Positions 9,979-18,790 of a stretch of DNA of 64,000 nucleotides are shown piece after piece (position 1 is the stretch's first letter; each line of letters begins with the position of its first letter). A program made the translations under genes and the position numbers. Where the stretch lies: assembly GCA_048885525.1 (NCBI GenBank), contig JBHLLP010000008.1, positions 47,735 through 111,734 on the forward strand, written 5' to 3'. The notes below the pieces were generated by a model. That model was given only the letters and a program-made list of their open reading frames with translations. It was not told the origin of the DNA and ran no database searches. This DNA comes from Candidatus Hermodarchaeota archaeon (lineage in GTDB: Archaea; Asgardarchaeota; Lokiarchaeia; Sigyniarchaeales; SOKP01).

Positions 9979-10881
9979 CTAACCAAATAATGATGGGCGT
10001 AAAAAATAGAATATAATCGCAACTATTATTCCAATAATTATTGTAGGGATTAATACTCGTGTGGTAGAAGAATTACTTAATTCTCTTATAGCGAGGGTCA
10101 TCAAAATAGGGACCCATGATGCAATAGCTATTGCATCAATGATATCTAATGCTGCCCAAGTTCTCGCATTGAATAATTGATCAATATTAACAGCATCTAC
10201 AGTTGGAAATCCAACAAGTATAATTAAAATCTTGATAGCATTTAATAATAAGAAAGGTGTGAATGCACATAACATCATTTTAAATTTGTATGAGCCTTCT
10301 AGTTGTAACATCGTGCCACCTTTATAAATACTAAATGGGCTTATTTCTGTTTCTTTAAATTTTTCTTTTTGTTCTTTTACTCCTCCAAAACGTTTTTCTA
10401 GTTTATCTGTGAATCCTACTGCATAATTAGCACCTTTAGTAAATAACCATATTAGAATTCCAAAAAATATAGTTTGAAAACAAAATCCGAATATAAAAAA
10501 TGCTCCAAAAAAACTAAAACCATATAAAAAATGAAGAAGTGATAAGGGTGGAGCACCAGCAAATTCAAAATGAGAAAAGAAGGCTAAACCCATTAGTCCA
10601 TATAATAATGAAGAAAATAATAAAATTAGCCATCCAGGTGCTTTACTTCTTTTATGGTTAATATCAAAAAAAGCCTTCGGAGGGTTCACGAAAAGATAAA
10701 GAATCTTCAAATACAATGGGTATGGAGTTGTCCATTCTGCTTCATATCTCCTAAAAAATCTAATATTTTCAATCTTCTCGGTTTTTAATCTAATACCACA
10801 AAAATTGCATGCAAAACTATCAGCACTATTTTCATTTCCACACCTAGGACAACGTTGAAACGCTGCAACTGTCTGAGACAT
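9979..10881 (-). CDS. Zinc-ribbon + Yip1-domain membrane protein
   Basis: CPRC...CNFC ribbon, LFVNPPKAFFDI Yip1-type motif, about 5 TM helices. Confidence 0.75.
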   Translation of the reverse strand: MSQTVAAFQRCPRCGNENSADSFACNFCGIRLKTEKIENIRFFRRYEAEWTTPYPLYLKILYLFVNPPKAFFDINHKRSKAPGWLILLFSSLLYGLMGLAFFSHFEFAGAPPLSLLHFLYGFSFFGAFFIFGFCFQTIFFGILIWLFTKGANYAVGFTDKLEKRFGGVKEQKEKFKETEISPFSIYKGGTMLQLEGSYKFKMMLCAFTPFLLLNAIKILIILVGFPTVDAVNIDQLFNARTWAALDIIDAIAIASWVPILMTLAIRELSNSSTTRVLIPTIIIGIIVAIIFYFLRPSLFG

Positions 10882-11003
10882 TTTTACAAGTAAGGTTTAT
10901 TAATTTCTATAATAATCATATAATAAAATAATCTTATAAAAATTTCTTCAATTTTTAATCTTCTCGTAGTATTACCTATCTTTAAATATCAGTTTTTATC
11001 TAA

Positions 11004-12065
11004 TTATTGGAATTCTATAATAAAATGGTTATCTTCTTTTATAATTTTATATTTCCTTCTTAAGAAAAATTTAATTAGTTCTAGATTAGTTTGCGTATGA
11101 CTTGTAACTTTGAGTACTTTTATTCTTGAGGCTTCCTTAACAAAACCCATAAAAGCTATTAATTGGTCACTTAGATAATTGTCTATGGGAATTTCTTTTT
11201 TAATGTATTTAATTAGTTCATTCGCAGCGATTCTACCGAGATCTTCCGAAATAATCTTCCGTTCACCGAGAATGGTTCCAGATGAAATTATAGCACCTGT
11301 ATCAGTATTCGCCCAAAGATGAAGACCTACTCCGGGACTTAATGAATCTACATAATTATTATTAATCTTGACATCTATTTTAAGTTCTTTTTTCAATTGT
11401 TGTTGAATAGATTTTTTTATTCTTTCACCAACTTCTTTTTTTTTTAATTGATAAGTAGTAATTATTTCACCTTGAACTAAGTCAATATTTCCTAATTCAG
11501 TTAAATTTATAGGTTTAATATTGTTTTTAGAAGGATAAAGAGTACATTTTACAAGAGCGCCTCCTTTAGGGTAAAAACCATGTTTTTGTATATCAATATC
11601 AATTTTAAAACCATGAGTTCTAAAAATCTTATAAGTTACTTCTTTAAGATAATTAAGGCTCGGAGCATATTTGCCAAAAGTTCCCCCTCCATTTACAAAA
11701 ATCTCAATCTTTTCTGGGTTATTGAATCCTAAACATGCAATTTGAATTGGTTGGAGTAATAATCCTATATTTCCAGCAGTCCCAACCTCAACCGTGATTT
11801 TGCTTTTTATTAATTGATTAGGATATAATGTAATCTCATTAGTTCCAACAATACAATCTGATAATGTACTATTTGTTAATTCTGATAAGGTTTTTAATCC
11901 TAGTAAATGTTGTAACCTTAATCCTGGTTTAGATCTATTAGCCCTTATATTTTTTATTCGAATTGGGCGCTGGAATAATATTGAAAATCCTGCTGCTATT
12001 CGAACAATTGAGCCTCCACCTTCTCCAAAGGAACCATCAATTTCTAAATGTTGATCTAATGGCAT
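11004..12065 (-). CDS. rtcA: RNA 3'-terminal phosphate cyclase
   Basis: IDGSFGEGGGSIVR, NIRANRSKPGLRLQH, GFYPKGG, DQLI, SHTQTN. Confidence 0.95.
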   Translation of the reverse strand: MPLDQHLEIDGSFGEGGGSIVRIAAGFSILFQRPIRIKNIRANRSKPGLRLQHLLGLKTLSELTNSTLSDCIVGTNEITLYPNQLIKSKITVEVGTAGNIGLLLQPIQIACLGFNNPEKIEIFVNGGGTFGKYAPSLNYLKEVTYKIFRTHGFKIDIDIQKHGFYPKGGALVKCTLYPSKNNIKPINLTELGNIDLVQGEIITTYQLKKKEVGERIKKSIQQQLKKELKIDVKINNNYVDSLSPGVGLHLWANTDTGAIISSGTILGERKIISEDLGRIAANELIKYIKKEIPIDNYLSDQLIAFMGFVKEASRIKVLKVTSHTQTNLELIKFFLRRKYKIIKEDNHFIIEFQ

Positions 12066-12071
12066 AGAGTA

Positions 12072-13196
12072 TTAACTTTCTTCGTTTAAAGATTTAATTC
12101 GATTAATTCCATTAAATTCTTCAATTAAATCAACTACTTCTTTTGGTACTAATCTTTTCCATTTCTTGTTATTATTTTTAATTAGATATCTAATATTGTT
12201 ACCGTTGAATTGTTTTTTAAAAATGGCAATCTTTTTTTCGACTCTAATTCCATTATTATAAAACAATTCTCTCACCCAATCACTATTTGAAAAAACTGAA
12301 TTAAATTCACCCACAATAGAGATTACATGATCTACCCATTTTTTCGCGTTAAAAATATCTGGAATATAATATATTTCATATCTCTTTTGGGAGATATTTC
12401 TTTTTTTTAAAGCGGCATTGAGAAATTTTTTTCTTTCTTCGCTACTAAATGGATCATTTACTGTATTAGATAACTGAGAGCTTCCCATACCAATTTTAAC
12501 TTTTTTAAAAGACTTTAAAATTTCTCTAATAACATAAATATGACCATGATGCAAAGGTTGAAATCTTCCAATAAATAAAGCAATACTATATTCATTTTTA
12601 ATAGATGGTTCTATTTTTTTCTCGAAGAGAGAAGAAATATTTGTTTTTAAGAGTTTTTTCCAAATTTTTTTTGAGTAATCTATATATTTCTCAGTTTCTA
12701 ACAATTTTTCAAGTTCATCTTTATTATAGAATCTACTAAATCTAACATCTAATTCTTCAGGATCCGGATTTAAAGGAATATTATTATCGACAATACCCAA
12801 AAAAATGTATGCTACTTCATCACCTTCAGTGTTTAAATCATAGAATTGAACTTTTCGAATATCTTTAGGAGAAATTCCAAATTCTTCCTTAAGTTCTCGT
12901 AATGCATTTTTCTTTATTTTATTTAGATCTAAGTATTTTGTCCAAGATATATGCCCTGAAGATGAGTCGGTAAAATACTCTGGGAATTCTTTTTTATTTT
13001 TTCCACGTTTTTGTATCAAATATGAAATTGCTCCATCTGGGGATATCGATAATATAAAAAATCTTGTAATTAAATGACTTATGTTTTTCTTATGGGCTTC
13101 TGTTCTTTCCATCGGAAAAACATATTTAGAAATCTGGCCAGATTGTAAAAATTTTTTGTTTTCCTTTTCAATACAAGCCAATATTTCATTATTCAT
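12072..13196 (-). CDS. nadM: N-terminal Nudix-like domain fused to NMN adenylyltransferase (NadM)
   Basis: N-terminal QKR..K..FP, ALRELKEEFGI Nudix box; C-terminal FIGRFQPLHHGH, DPFSSEER, WKRLVP. Confidence 0.88.
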   Translation of the reverse strand: MNNEILACIEKENKKFLQSGQISKYVFPMERTEAHKKNISHLITRFFILSISPDGAISYLIQKRGKNKKEFPEYFTDSSSGHISWTKYLDLNKIKKNALRELKEEFGISPKDIRKVQFYDLNTEGDEVAYIFLGIVDNNIPLNPDPEELDVRFSRFYNKDELEKLLETEKYIDYSKKIWKKLLKTNISSLFEKKIEPSIKNEYSIALFIGRFQPLHHGHIYVIREILKSFKKVKIGMGSSQLSNTVNDPFSSEERKKFLNAALKKRNISQKRYEIYYIPDIFNAKKWVDHVISIVGEFNSVFSNSDWVRELFYNNGIRVEKKIAIFKKQFNGNNIRYLIKNNNKKWKRLVPKEVVDLIEEFNGINRIKSLNEES

Positions 13197-13212
13197 AATT
13201 AAACACTTGTCT

Positions 13213-14043
13213 TTATAATTTTAAGACTAAAATATCTCCTATCTCAAACCCTAATTTCTCAGACGCATCCCCTTGATTAATAGAAAGTTCAAGAAAGCCT
13301 GTTGAACCAGGAAGAAATAAAATTGATTCAAGTGGGACTTTTGAAAAGTGTGAAGTGAAGAATCCTTTATGTAATTTTTCTCTTATTTTAACTCTAATCT
13401 CTGAACCTTCATGTAATACAAAATTACTATTTTGAATTCTATTATCTGCTAATTGAATATTGGTTATTCCATTACCAAACGAATCAATATATTGAATCGC
13501 ACATTGAATAACTTTTTTTTTAACATCAATATCATATGTAAGTTTATATTCTTGTAATTTATTAAGATTAAAAATAGGACCAAATTTTTTCAATGGAATA
13601 CCAGAAATTAAATGTGCCGCTATAGGGGCCATAATATCTCTTCCATGAAATGTACTTGAAATTGGTTTTTTAAAAAATTCATCATTTTGGACTTCTATAC
13701 ATTCTGAAATATTATTGATAAAAAAATCAGAGAATATTCCATTATTAGGGCCTATAAAATAGTGGTTTGATTTTGTTTTTATTATTAAAATTTCTCGCGA
13801 ACTTCCAACCCCTGGATCAACTACGATTATAAAAACGGTTCCTTTAGGAAAATACAGATAAGTTGTTTTTAATATATATGAAGCTTCAATTATTGAGTAT
13901 GGAGTAATTTGATGTGAAACGTCTATTATTTTAATATTAGGATTAACATTTAGTATAACAGCTTTCATACTAGCTATATAATGCTCACCTTTTGCACCGA
14001 AATCTGTAATTAAACCTATTATTTTTTGATTGAAATCTACCAT
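13213..14043 (-). CDS. SAM hydroxide adenosyltransferase / chlorinase-fluorinase family (DUF62)
   Basis: LITDFG, VVDPGVGSSR, GPNNG, STFHGRDIMAP, IDSFGNGITN. Confidence 0.93.
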   Translation of the reverse strand: MVDFNQKIIGLITDFGAKGEHYIASMKAVILNVNPNIKIIDVSHQITPYSIIEASYILKTTYLYFPKGTVFIIVVDPGVGSSREILIIKTKSNHYFIGPNNGIFSDFFINNISECIEVQNDEFFKKPISSTFHGRDIMAPIAAHLISGIPLKKFGPIFNLNKLQEYKLTYDIDVKKKVIQCAIQYIDSFGNGITNIQLADNRIQNSNFVLHEGSEIRVKIREKLHKGFFTSHFSKVPLESILFLPGSTGFLELSINQGDASEKLGFEIGDILVLKL

Positions 14044-14104
14044 TTCGAGAAGAAAATAAGGAATTTGATAGGGAAATATTTATGAAAAATAAAGCAACTG
14101 GAAT

Positions 14105-15010
14105 TTATTTATTTTTTCTATATTTCTGATCGATTTTATAAAAATCTTCTAATGCCTTTGATTTTAATCTATATTCCTCTTCTTTATCGAATTGGATTAA
14201 TTTTTTAGAAATAATACCTGCTCTTCTATAATATGTATAGGCTGTATGAAAATCTTCATTTCTAAGAGCATTCCTGGCTTCTTGTATAATTCTTTCCCTT
14301 TCTTTTGATAGGTCAGGAATTCTTTGAGAGAAATCACCTTTTTCTTTAAGTGAACTAGCTATATCCATTATATAGAGACTTTCTGCGATTTCTGCTGCTT
14401 TATTGTAAAATTTGGCTGCTTTTTCATAATCTAAAGCTTTTATTGCTTTTTCAGCCATTTTATAGTTTTCCGAAATTTTGTTATGTTCTTCATTTTCAAT
14501 TTTCTCTAGAAGTTCTTGAGCGATTTTTCTTTCTTTTTTTTCACCGCTAAGCATAAATTTAGTGATGTTAATAATACTATCTTTTAAGGCTTCAGGTTGA
14601 AGAATATCGATTAATGGTTCTAAATGCTCCAAATACACATCCTTCAATATTATTTCAAATTCTTCTCTAGATTTCTTAAGAATATTAAGACTTGGAATTT
14701 CAAAAGATTCTGCTGCTTCTTTAAGAGATGAACGAAATTTCTCTGGTTTATCATTTTCATTTAATAATAACCCTATTATAATTCCAGAGGCTCTCCGGGA
14801 TATTTTTCCTTTGAAATTGTAAAGATATGAAAAAATTTGAAGATCCTTTATTTTTAACAAATTATATTCATTTTTTGAATGGTCAAGATTTAACCTAAGA
14901 AATAAATCATTTGAAATTTCAAAATCGATTTTACCTTCTTTAAAATAATACCCCATTACCTTATAATCAGAATCGGTTGGAAGTAATATTACAAAACAAC
15001 CTGATGGCAT
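14105..15010 (-). CDS. Hypothetical protein: longin/uDENN-like N-domain plus TPR/SNAP-like helical repeats
   Basis: N-terminal beta-beta-alpha-beta3-alpha pattern (MPSGCFVI...IIIGLLLNENDKPEKF); C-terminal helical repeats DYEKAAKFYNKAAEIA / DFHTAYTYYRRAGII. Confidence 0.55.
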   Translation of the reverse strand: MPSGCFVILLPTDSDYKVMGYYFKEGKIDFEISNDLFLRLNLDHSKNEYNLLKIKDLQIFSYLYNFKGKISRRASGIIIGLLLNENDKPEKFRSSLKEAAESFEIPSLNILKKSREEFEIILKDVYLEHLEPLIDILQPEALKDSIINITKFMLSGEKKERKIAQELLEKIENEEHNKISENYKMAEKAIKALDYEKAAKFYNKAAEIAESLYIMDIASSLKEKGDFSQRIPDLSKERERIIQEARNALRNEDFHTAYTYYRRAGIISKKLIQFDKEEEYRLKSKALEDFYKIDQKYRKNK

Positions 15011-15082
15011 TAGAAATTATACACCTTTTTGTTTAATTTTATTGAATTAGCATTAAAATCAAGATAAAAAAATTTAATAATT

Positions 15083-15514
15083 TTAAGATTGACTTGCACT
15101 AATAATTCTATTAGTTTCCTCTCGTATTGAAGAGATTATGTTTAATAGTTGAGCATAATATAAATTGTCTGCTACTGCTTTTGAAGCTTGTCTGATAATC
15201 TCTATAGCTTTCTTTTCTTCTTCAGTTATAACTTCGATAGCTTTTTTATCCCAAAGCTCTTTAATTTTTTGATTAAAATCATCTGAAAGTTCTTGCAAAC
15301 TTTTACCAGATTGAACTCTGAATTGTTTTAAAACTTCTACGATTAATCTTATATTTTCTGTCATTGCAACTGTCTGCTCAGAAAAACTTTGACTCATTTG
15401 GTTAATTGCACCCCTCATTTGGTTAATTTGAGCGATAGTCCCGTCTAATGAAGCCATAATTTGATTTATTTTTTGAATCATTTCTTCAAGTAATTGTTCT
15501 GCCAATTCACTCAC
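15083..15514 (-). CDS. Coiled-coil hypothetical protein
   Basis: 143 aa, all-helical heptad pattern; GTG start. Confidence 0.75.
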   Translation of the reverse strand: MSELAEQLLEEMIQKINQIMASLDGTIAQINQMRGAINQMSQSFSEQTVAMTENIRLIVEVLKQFRVQSGKSLQELSDDFNQKIKELWDKKAIEVITEEEKKAIEIIRQASKAVADNLYYAQLLNIISSIREETNRIISASQS

Positions 15515-15536
15515 CTAATTTTAAGATTAAGATATT

Positions 15537-15950
15537 TCATTCTAACACTTCTTCTTCTTTAATAGATTGTTTAAGGCTCTTAACAGAATCAATCGCTTCT
15601 GATAATAACAAATTTACTGTATCTTGATTAAGAACACTTTCAGATAATTTAGAAAAATCCTCAAGTTTTTTAATAAGATTAGTTAGAGCATCTAATCCTA
15701 AACCTTCTTGAATTACATTTAATTCTTTAGTTGTTCCTTCTCCAATCTCTTTTACTACATCAATGTGTTTAGTTTGAGTAACTTTAATTTCATTAGAAAA
15801 TTCTACCAATTTTCTTGTTAGATTTGCAATTTTGTCTTCTATGTTTTGATTAAGCAAATTAAGAGATTCATTTAGTTGTTGAATTGATTGACCTAATTGA
15901 GCTATTCTCTTATAGATATTTTGAAGCAGATCTGTTAACATTTCAGCCAT
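15537..15950 (-). CDS. Coiled-coil hypothetical protein, possible paralog of the downstream gene
   Basis: 137 aa heptads; N-terminus MAEMLTDLLQNIYKRIAQL resembles MSELAEQLLEEMIQKINQI. Confidence 0.75.
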   Translation of the reverse strand: MAEMLTDLLQNIYKRIAQLGQSIQQLNESLNLLNQNIEDKIANLTRKLVEFSNEIKVTQTKHIDVVKEIGEGTTKELNVIQEGLGLDALTNLIKKLEDFSKLSESVLNQDTVNLLLSEAIDSVKSLKQSIKEEEVLE

Positions 15951-16072
15951 AGCTATTCAGCTTTTTTAAATTTTTTTTACTAATATAAAAATGTCTCTTT
16001 TTATCACTTCAATTATTAATATAACAGATTACACCAATAAAAAAATTTTTATCTTTTTTCTGATTTAATTAG

Positions 16073-16080
16073 TTTATAAT
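16073..16080 (+). promoter_or_regulatory. Probable TATA box of tRNA-Ile gene
   Basis: TTTATAAT 23-30 nt upstream of the tRNA 5' end. Confidence 0.45.
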
Positions 16081-16102
16081 AATTTCATATTTTCATTTAT
16101 TT

Positions 16103-16247
16103 GGGCCATTAGCTCAGCTTGGTTAACAAGTTTTTGTTGCTTGGTCAACAAGCGCAGGTCTTATAAATGACCATCGGACATACATAAAAAACATTTGTCC
16201 GAAAAAGTAAAAACCTGAGATCCGGGGTTCGAATCCCCGATGGCCCA
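16103..16247 (+). tRNA. tRNA-Ile(UAU) with two introns (D-loop about 16127-16148; anticodon loop about 16166-16211)
   Basis: GGGCCAT/ATGGCCC acceptor + A73, TAGCTCAG, CAGGT-CT-TAT-AA-ACCTG anticodon arm after splicing, CGGGG-TTCGAAT-CCCCG T-arm; 77 nt mature. Confidence 0.8.
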
Positions 16248-16405
16248 TTTTATATAAAGTATTTAAGTAATTGTTTCGAGATTTGATATATAATTCGTGA
16301 AACATCTATTTTACGTCTTTTTATATATACTGAGATAATATCTCTTTAAATGATGAGAATGAATTATTTTAAAATAAAGAAGAATATTTCTTGAAGGAAT
16401 ATTTA

Positions 16406-17086
16406 TTATTTATCTAGAAAGGAACTAATTAAGTCAAGAAGCCATTTCTTTATTTGCGTGAGGTTTTTGAGAAGACCGGGGACAAGATTTTGAGGGAAAG
16501 TATGTTCTTGTTCTAACCTTTGAGCAGTTTCCATCCATTTATTTAAAGCTAATTGTACTAGACTAGCACCTTCAGCTTCCATGAATATTGGGACGACAGC
16601 TGCAGATTCTCTAGCATCCCCAATAGCGAAATAAATTCTTCTATTTATCCCTTTGAGCAATACTAAATTTGCACACTCATCAAGTTTTCTCTCAACTAAA
16701 ATACTTTTCAAAATCTGAGTTTTCAATTCTCCATCCTTTGAAGCAAAATTTGCTTTTCTTTTTTTAAGTAATGGTTGAATTTCTGTTATAACTTTATCGC
16801 CAGTAGTTCCTTCGCTAAAATATTTAGTAATTTTTAAAGAATTTTCTAAACCTTCTATTGCTATAAATTTCTTGTCATTTGAATATAAAATAGCTTTTGA
16901 ACCCCCTTGTTCTTCACTTGAAGATTGTTTTATATAGATATTTCTCATAGTCACAGAATTACATGAGTGATAAGCTATTTCAAACAATTCTCGAGGAATT
17001 AAAGGACTATATGGCTCTTCTATTTGTTTGAAAGGCCATTGAGAAATAATAACATTATTAAATTGGTTTAATAGCCGATTTTCCAT
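16406..17086 (-). CDS. Hypothetical protein downstream of SepSecS
   Basis: 226 aa ORF with globular composition; no family recognised. Confidence 0.75.
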   Translation of the reverse strand: MENRLLNQFNNVIISQWPFKQIEEPYSPLIPRELFEIAYHSCNSVTMRNIYIKQSSSEEQGGSKAILYSNDKKFIAIEGLENSLKITKYFSEGTTGDKVITEIQPLLKKRKANFASKDGELKTQILKSILVERKLDECANLVLLKGINRRIYFAIGDARESAAVVPIFMEAEGASLVQLALNKWMETAQRLEQEHTFPQNLVPGLLKNLTQIKKWLLDLISSFLDK

Positions 17087-17209
17087 TATGAATCCCTTTC
17101 TATCGATTTAGTATTGATCGTATAATTTTTATTAAAATATAGAACTTCTAGTTTTTATTTATTTTTATTTCTTTTTAGATAGAATATTAAAAGATATGTA
17201 TTAAATTTA

Positions 17210-18574
17210 TTATTCTACTATTTGTTTATACGCTTTTTCAAATCTCTCGATAGCTAAAATGATATCTTTTTCTGATGCTCCGATTGCAGCATTCATTACA
17301 ATATAAGGGGTAGGATAACTACTACAACATGTTCCAAATGCATTTTCTTTTGGATTGTATACTCTTGGTCCCGTAACTCTTAAGTTATACAATGCTCCAC
17401 CAAGGGCATATAATTGTTTTTGATTCAAATTTTGTAGGGACAGTGCTACAGCAACTGGATTATAAATGTCAAGAATTCTCTCATTTATATCACCAGCGAT
17501 TTTTTTTAGTTGTCTTTCAAGTGTCTTACGATTTTGTTGCTGTTCTTTAAGTAGTTTTTGATAACCCTCTAATCCAATCGATAACATTGATATTAAGAAG
17601 TTTACTATTGGAGTAGCTGAGGCACGTCCAGCATATGATTCGCTGATTTTAATTATATTTTCTTTTGATGGTGATGCAATTACAGCACCACCAACTGGTG
17701 TGAGAAAATTTTTATCGGTTGATTGGATTATAGCATCTACTCGCCCGGCATCAATCGCAGATCTAATCAATTTCATCCATTCTGAACTTTGGACACCATA
17801 TGCATTAATAACGATATGAACAAGATCATTTTTTTGAGCGAATTTACTGATTTCTTTAATATCATCATGTTCTCGAGGAGGAAAAAAGCTGGTAATTGAG
17901 ATGATGGCAAAGCAGTTATCATTAAAATTATTTTTAATATGTTCAATTGGAATCCTGACCGCATCTCCAAAAATCTGTCCAGGTATAATCTTTGATTTAA
18001 GACCGATTAAATCAATCGATTTTAAGAGAGATTTATGATCTATTTGTGGAACTAAGACTGTTTGTTTATGATTTAAATTAGCTTTACTTGGATCTGATTT
18101 TAAAGCACTTAATGTTAATGATAAAGACATTCCGGTACATATTGGAACTACAATTGCATCCTTAATATTTGGTAATCCAGTATTTCTTAAAATATTACAA
18201 GCTAAGTAATTCGAAAGTGTATACATTATTGATGCACCAGGAGCTTTCGGTTGAGGTGCTGTTAGAAATCCGCTTCTTCCCACTCCATGGCAGAATCCTG
18301 ACGATGTTCTTAAATGTAATTTTGAAGCAATTCTTGCTTCTCGTTCCCCTACTCTAGCGGCATTACTATCTTTATCTGTATCCATATGCGAGAGAGTTTG
18401 AAGTAAGAATTCAATTTGTTCATCACTCCAAGGTTTATTAGGTACCGATCTTTGCTCAAATAAAACTTTTATTGGATTTAAAAACTCATTTAAAACAAGC
18501 TGGCCTCGATTAAGCATATTTTCGGGAATATTTGAGCTTTCAAAAAATTTAATAATTTTATTAAAGTCTACCAT
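17210..18574 (-). CDS. spcS: O-phosphoseryl-tRNA(Sec) selenium transferase (SepSecS)
   Basis: VGEREARI, HGVGRSG...QPKAPG, IDHKS, NAYGVQ, QSTDKNF (PLP Lys), YAGRAS; adjacent to tRNA-Sec. Confidence 0.97.
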   Translation of the reverse strand: MVDFNKIIKFFESSNIPENMLNRGQLVLNEFLNPIKVLFEQRSVPNKPWSDEQIEFLLQTLSHMDTDKDSNAARVGEREARIASKLHLRTSSGFCHGVGRSGFLTAPQPKAPGASIMYTLSNYLACNILRNTGLPNIKDAIVVPICTGMSLSLTLSALKSDPSKANLNHKQTVLVPQIDHKSLLKSIDLIGLKSKIIPGQIFGDAVRIPIEHIKNNFNDNCFAIISITSFFPPREHDDIKEISKFAQKNDLVHIVINAYGVQSSEWMKLIRSAIDAGRVDAIIQSTDKNFLTPVGGAVIASPSKENIIKISESYAGRASATPIVNFLISMLSIGLEGYQKLLKEQQQNRKTLERQLKKIAGDINERILDIYNPVAVALSLQNLNQKQLYALGGALYNLRVTGPRVYNPKENAFGTCCSSYPTPYIVMNAAIGASEKDIILAIERFEKAYKQIVE

Positions 18575-18607
18575 TGAAAACGCAACATGATTAGATTTAT
18601 AATAGAT

Positions 18608-18700
18608 TGGCGGCCCTTGAGGGGAATCGAACCCCTATCCCTCCGCAGGATAGCTGGGTTTGAAGCCCAGCGTCAGAGACCACTCCAACCGTCAAGGGCC
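18608..18700 (-). tRNA. selC: tRNA-Sec (UCA)
   Basis: 9-bp acceptor GGCCCTTGA/TCAAGGGCC, 7-bp D-stem with 4-nt loop, GCTGGG-CT-TCA-AA-CCCAGC, long variable arm, 4-bp T-stem, G73, encoded CCA. Confidence 0.97.
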
Positions 18701-18790
18701 ATAATAATAATTCTTTCTAATTCAAAATATATATCTTTTTAAAAGAAGTTTTTGGTTATAACCGATGAAATAAAACAATTTGGAAAATTA

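Noticed and set aside
9915-10022. N-terminal extension of the Vps28 ORF from the TTG at 10022
   Set aside because: Overlaps the Yip1 gene end and translates AT-rich intergenic sequence; ATG at 9914 preferred
16123-16305. 60-aa minus-strand ORF
   Set aside because: Antisense to the tRNA-Ile gene (GHRGFEPR is the T-arm read backwards); not a protein
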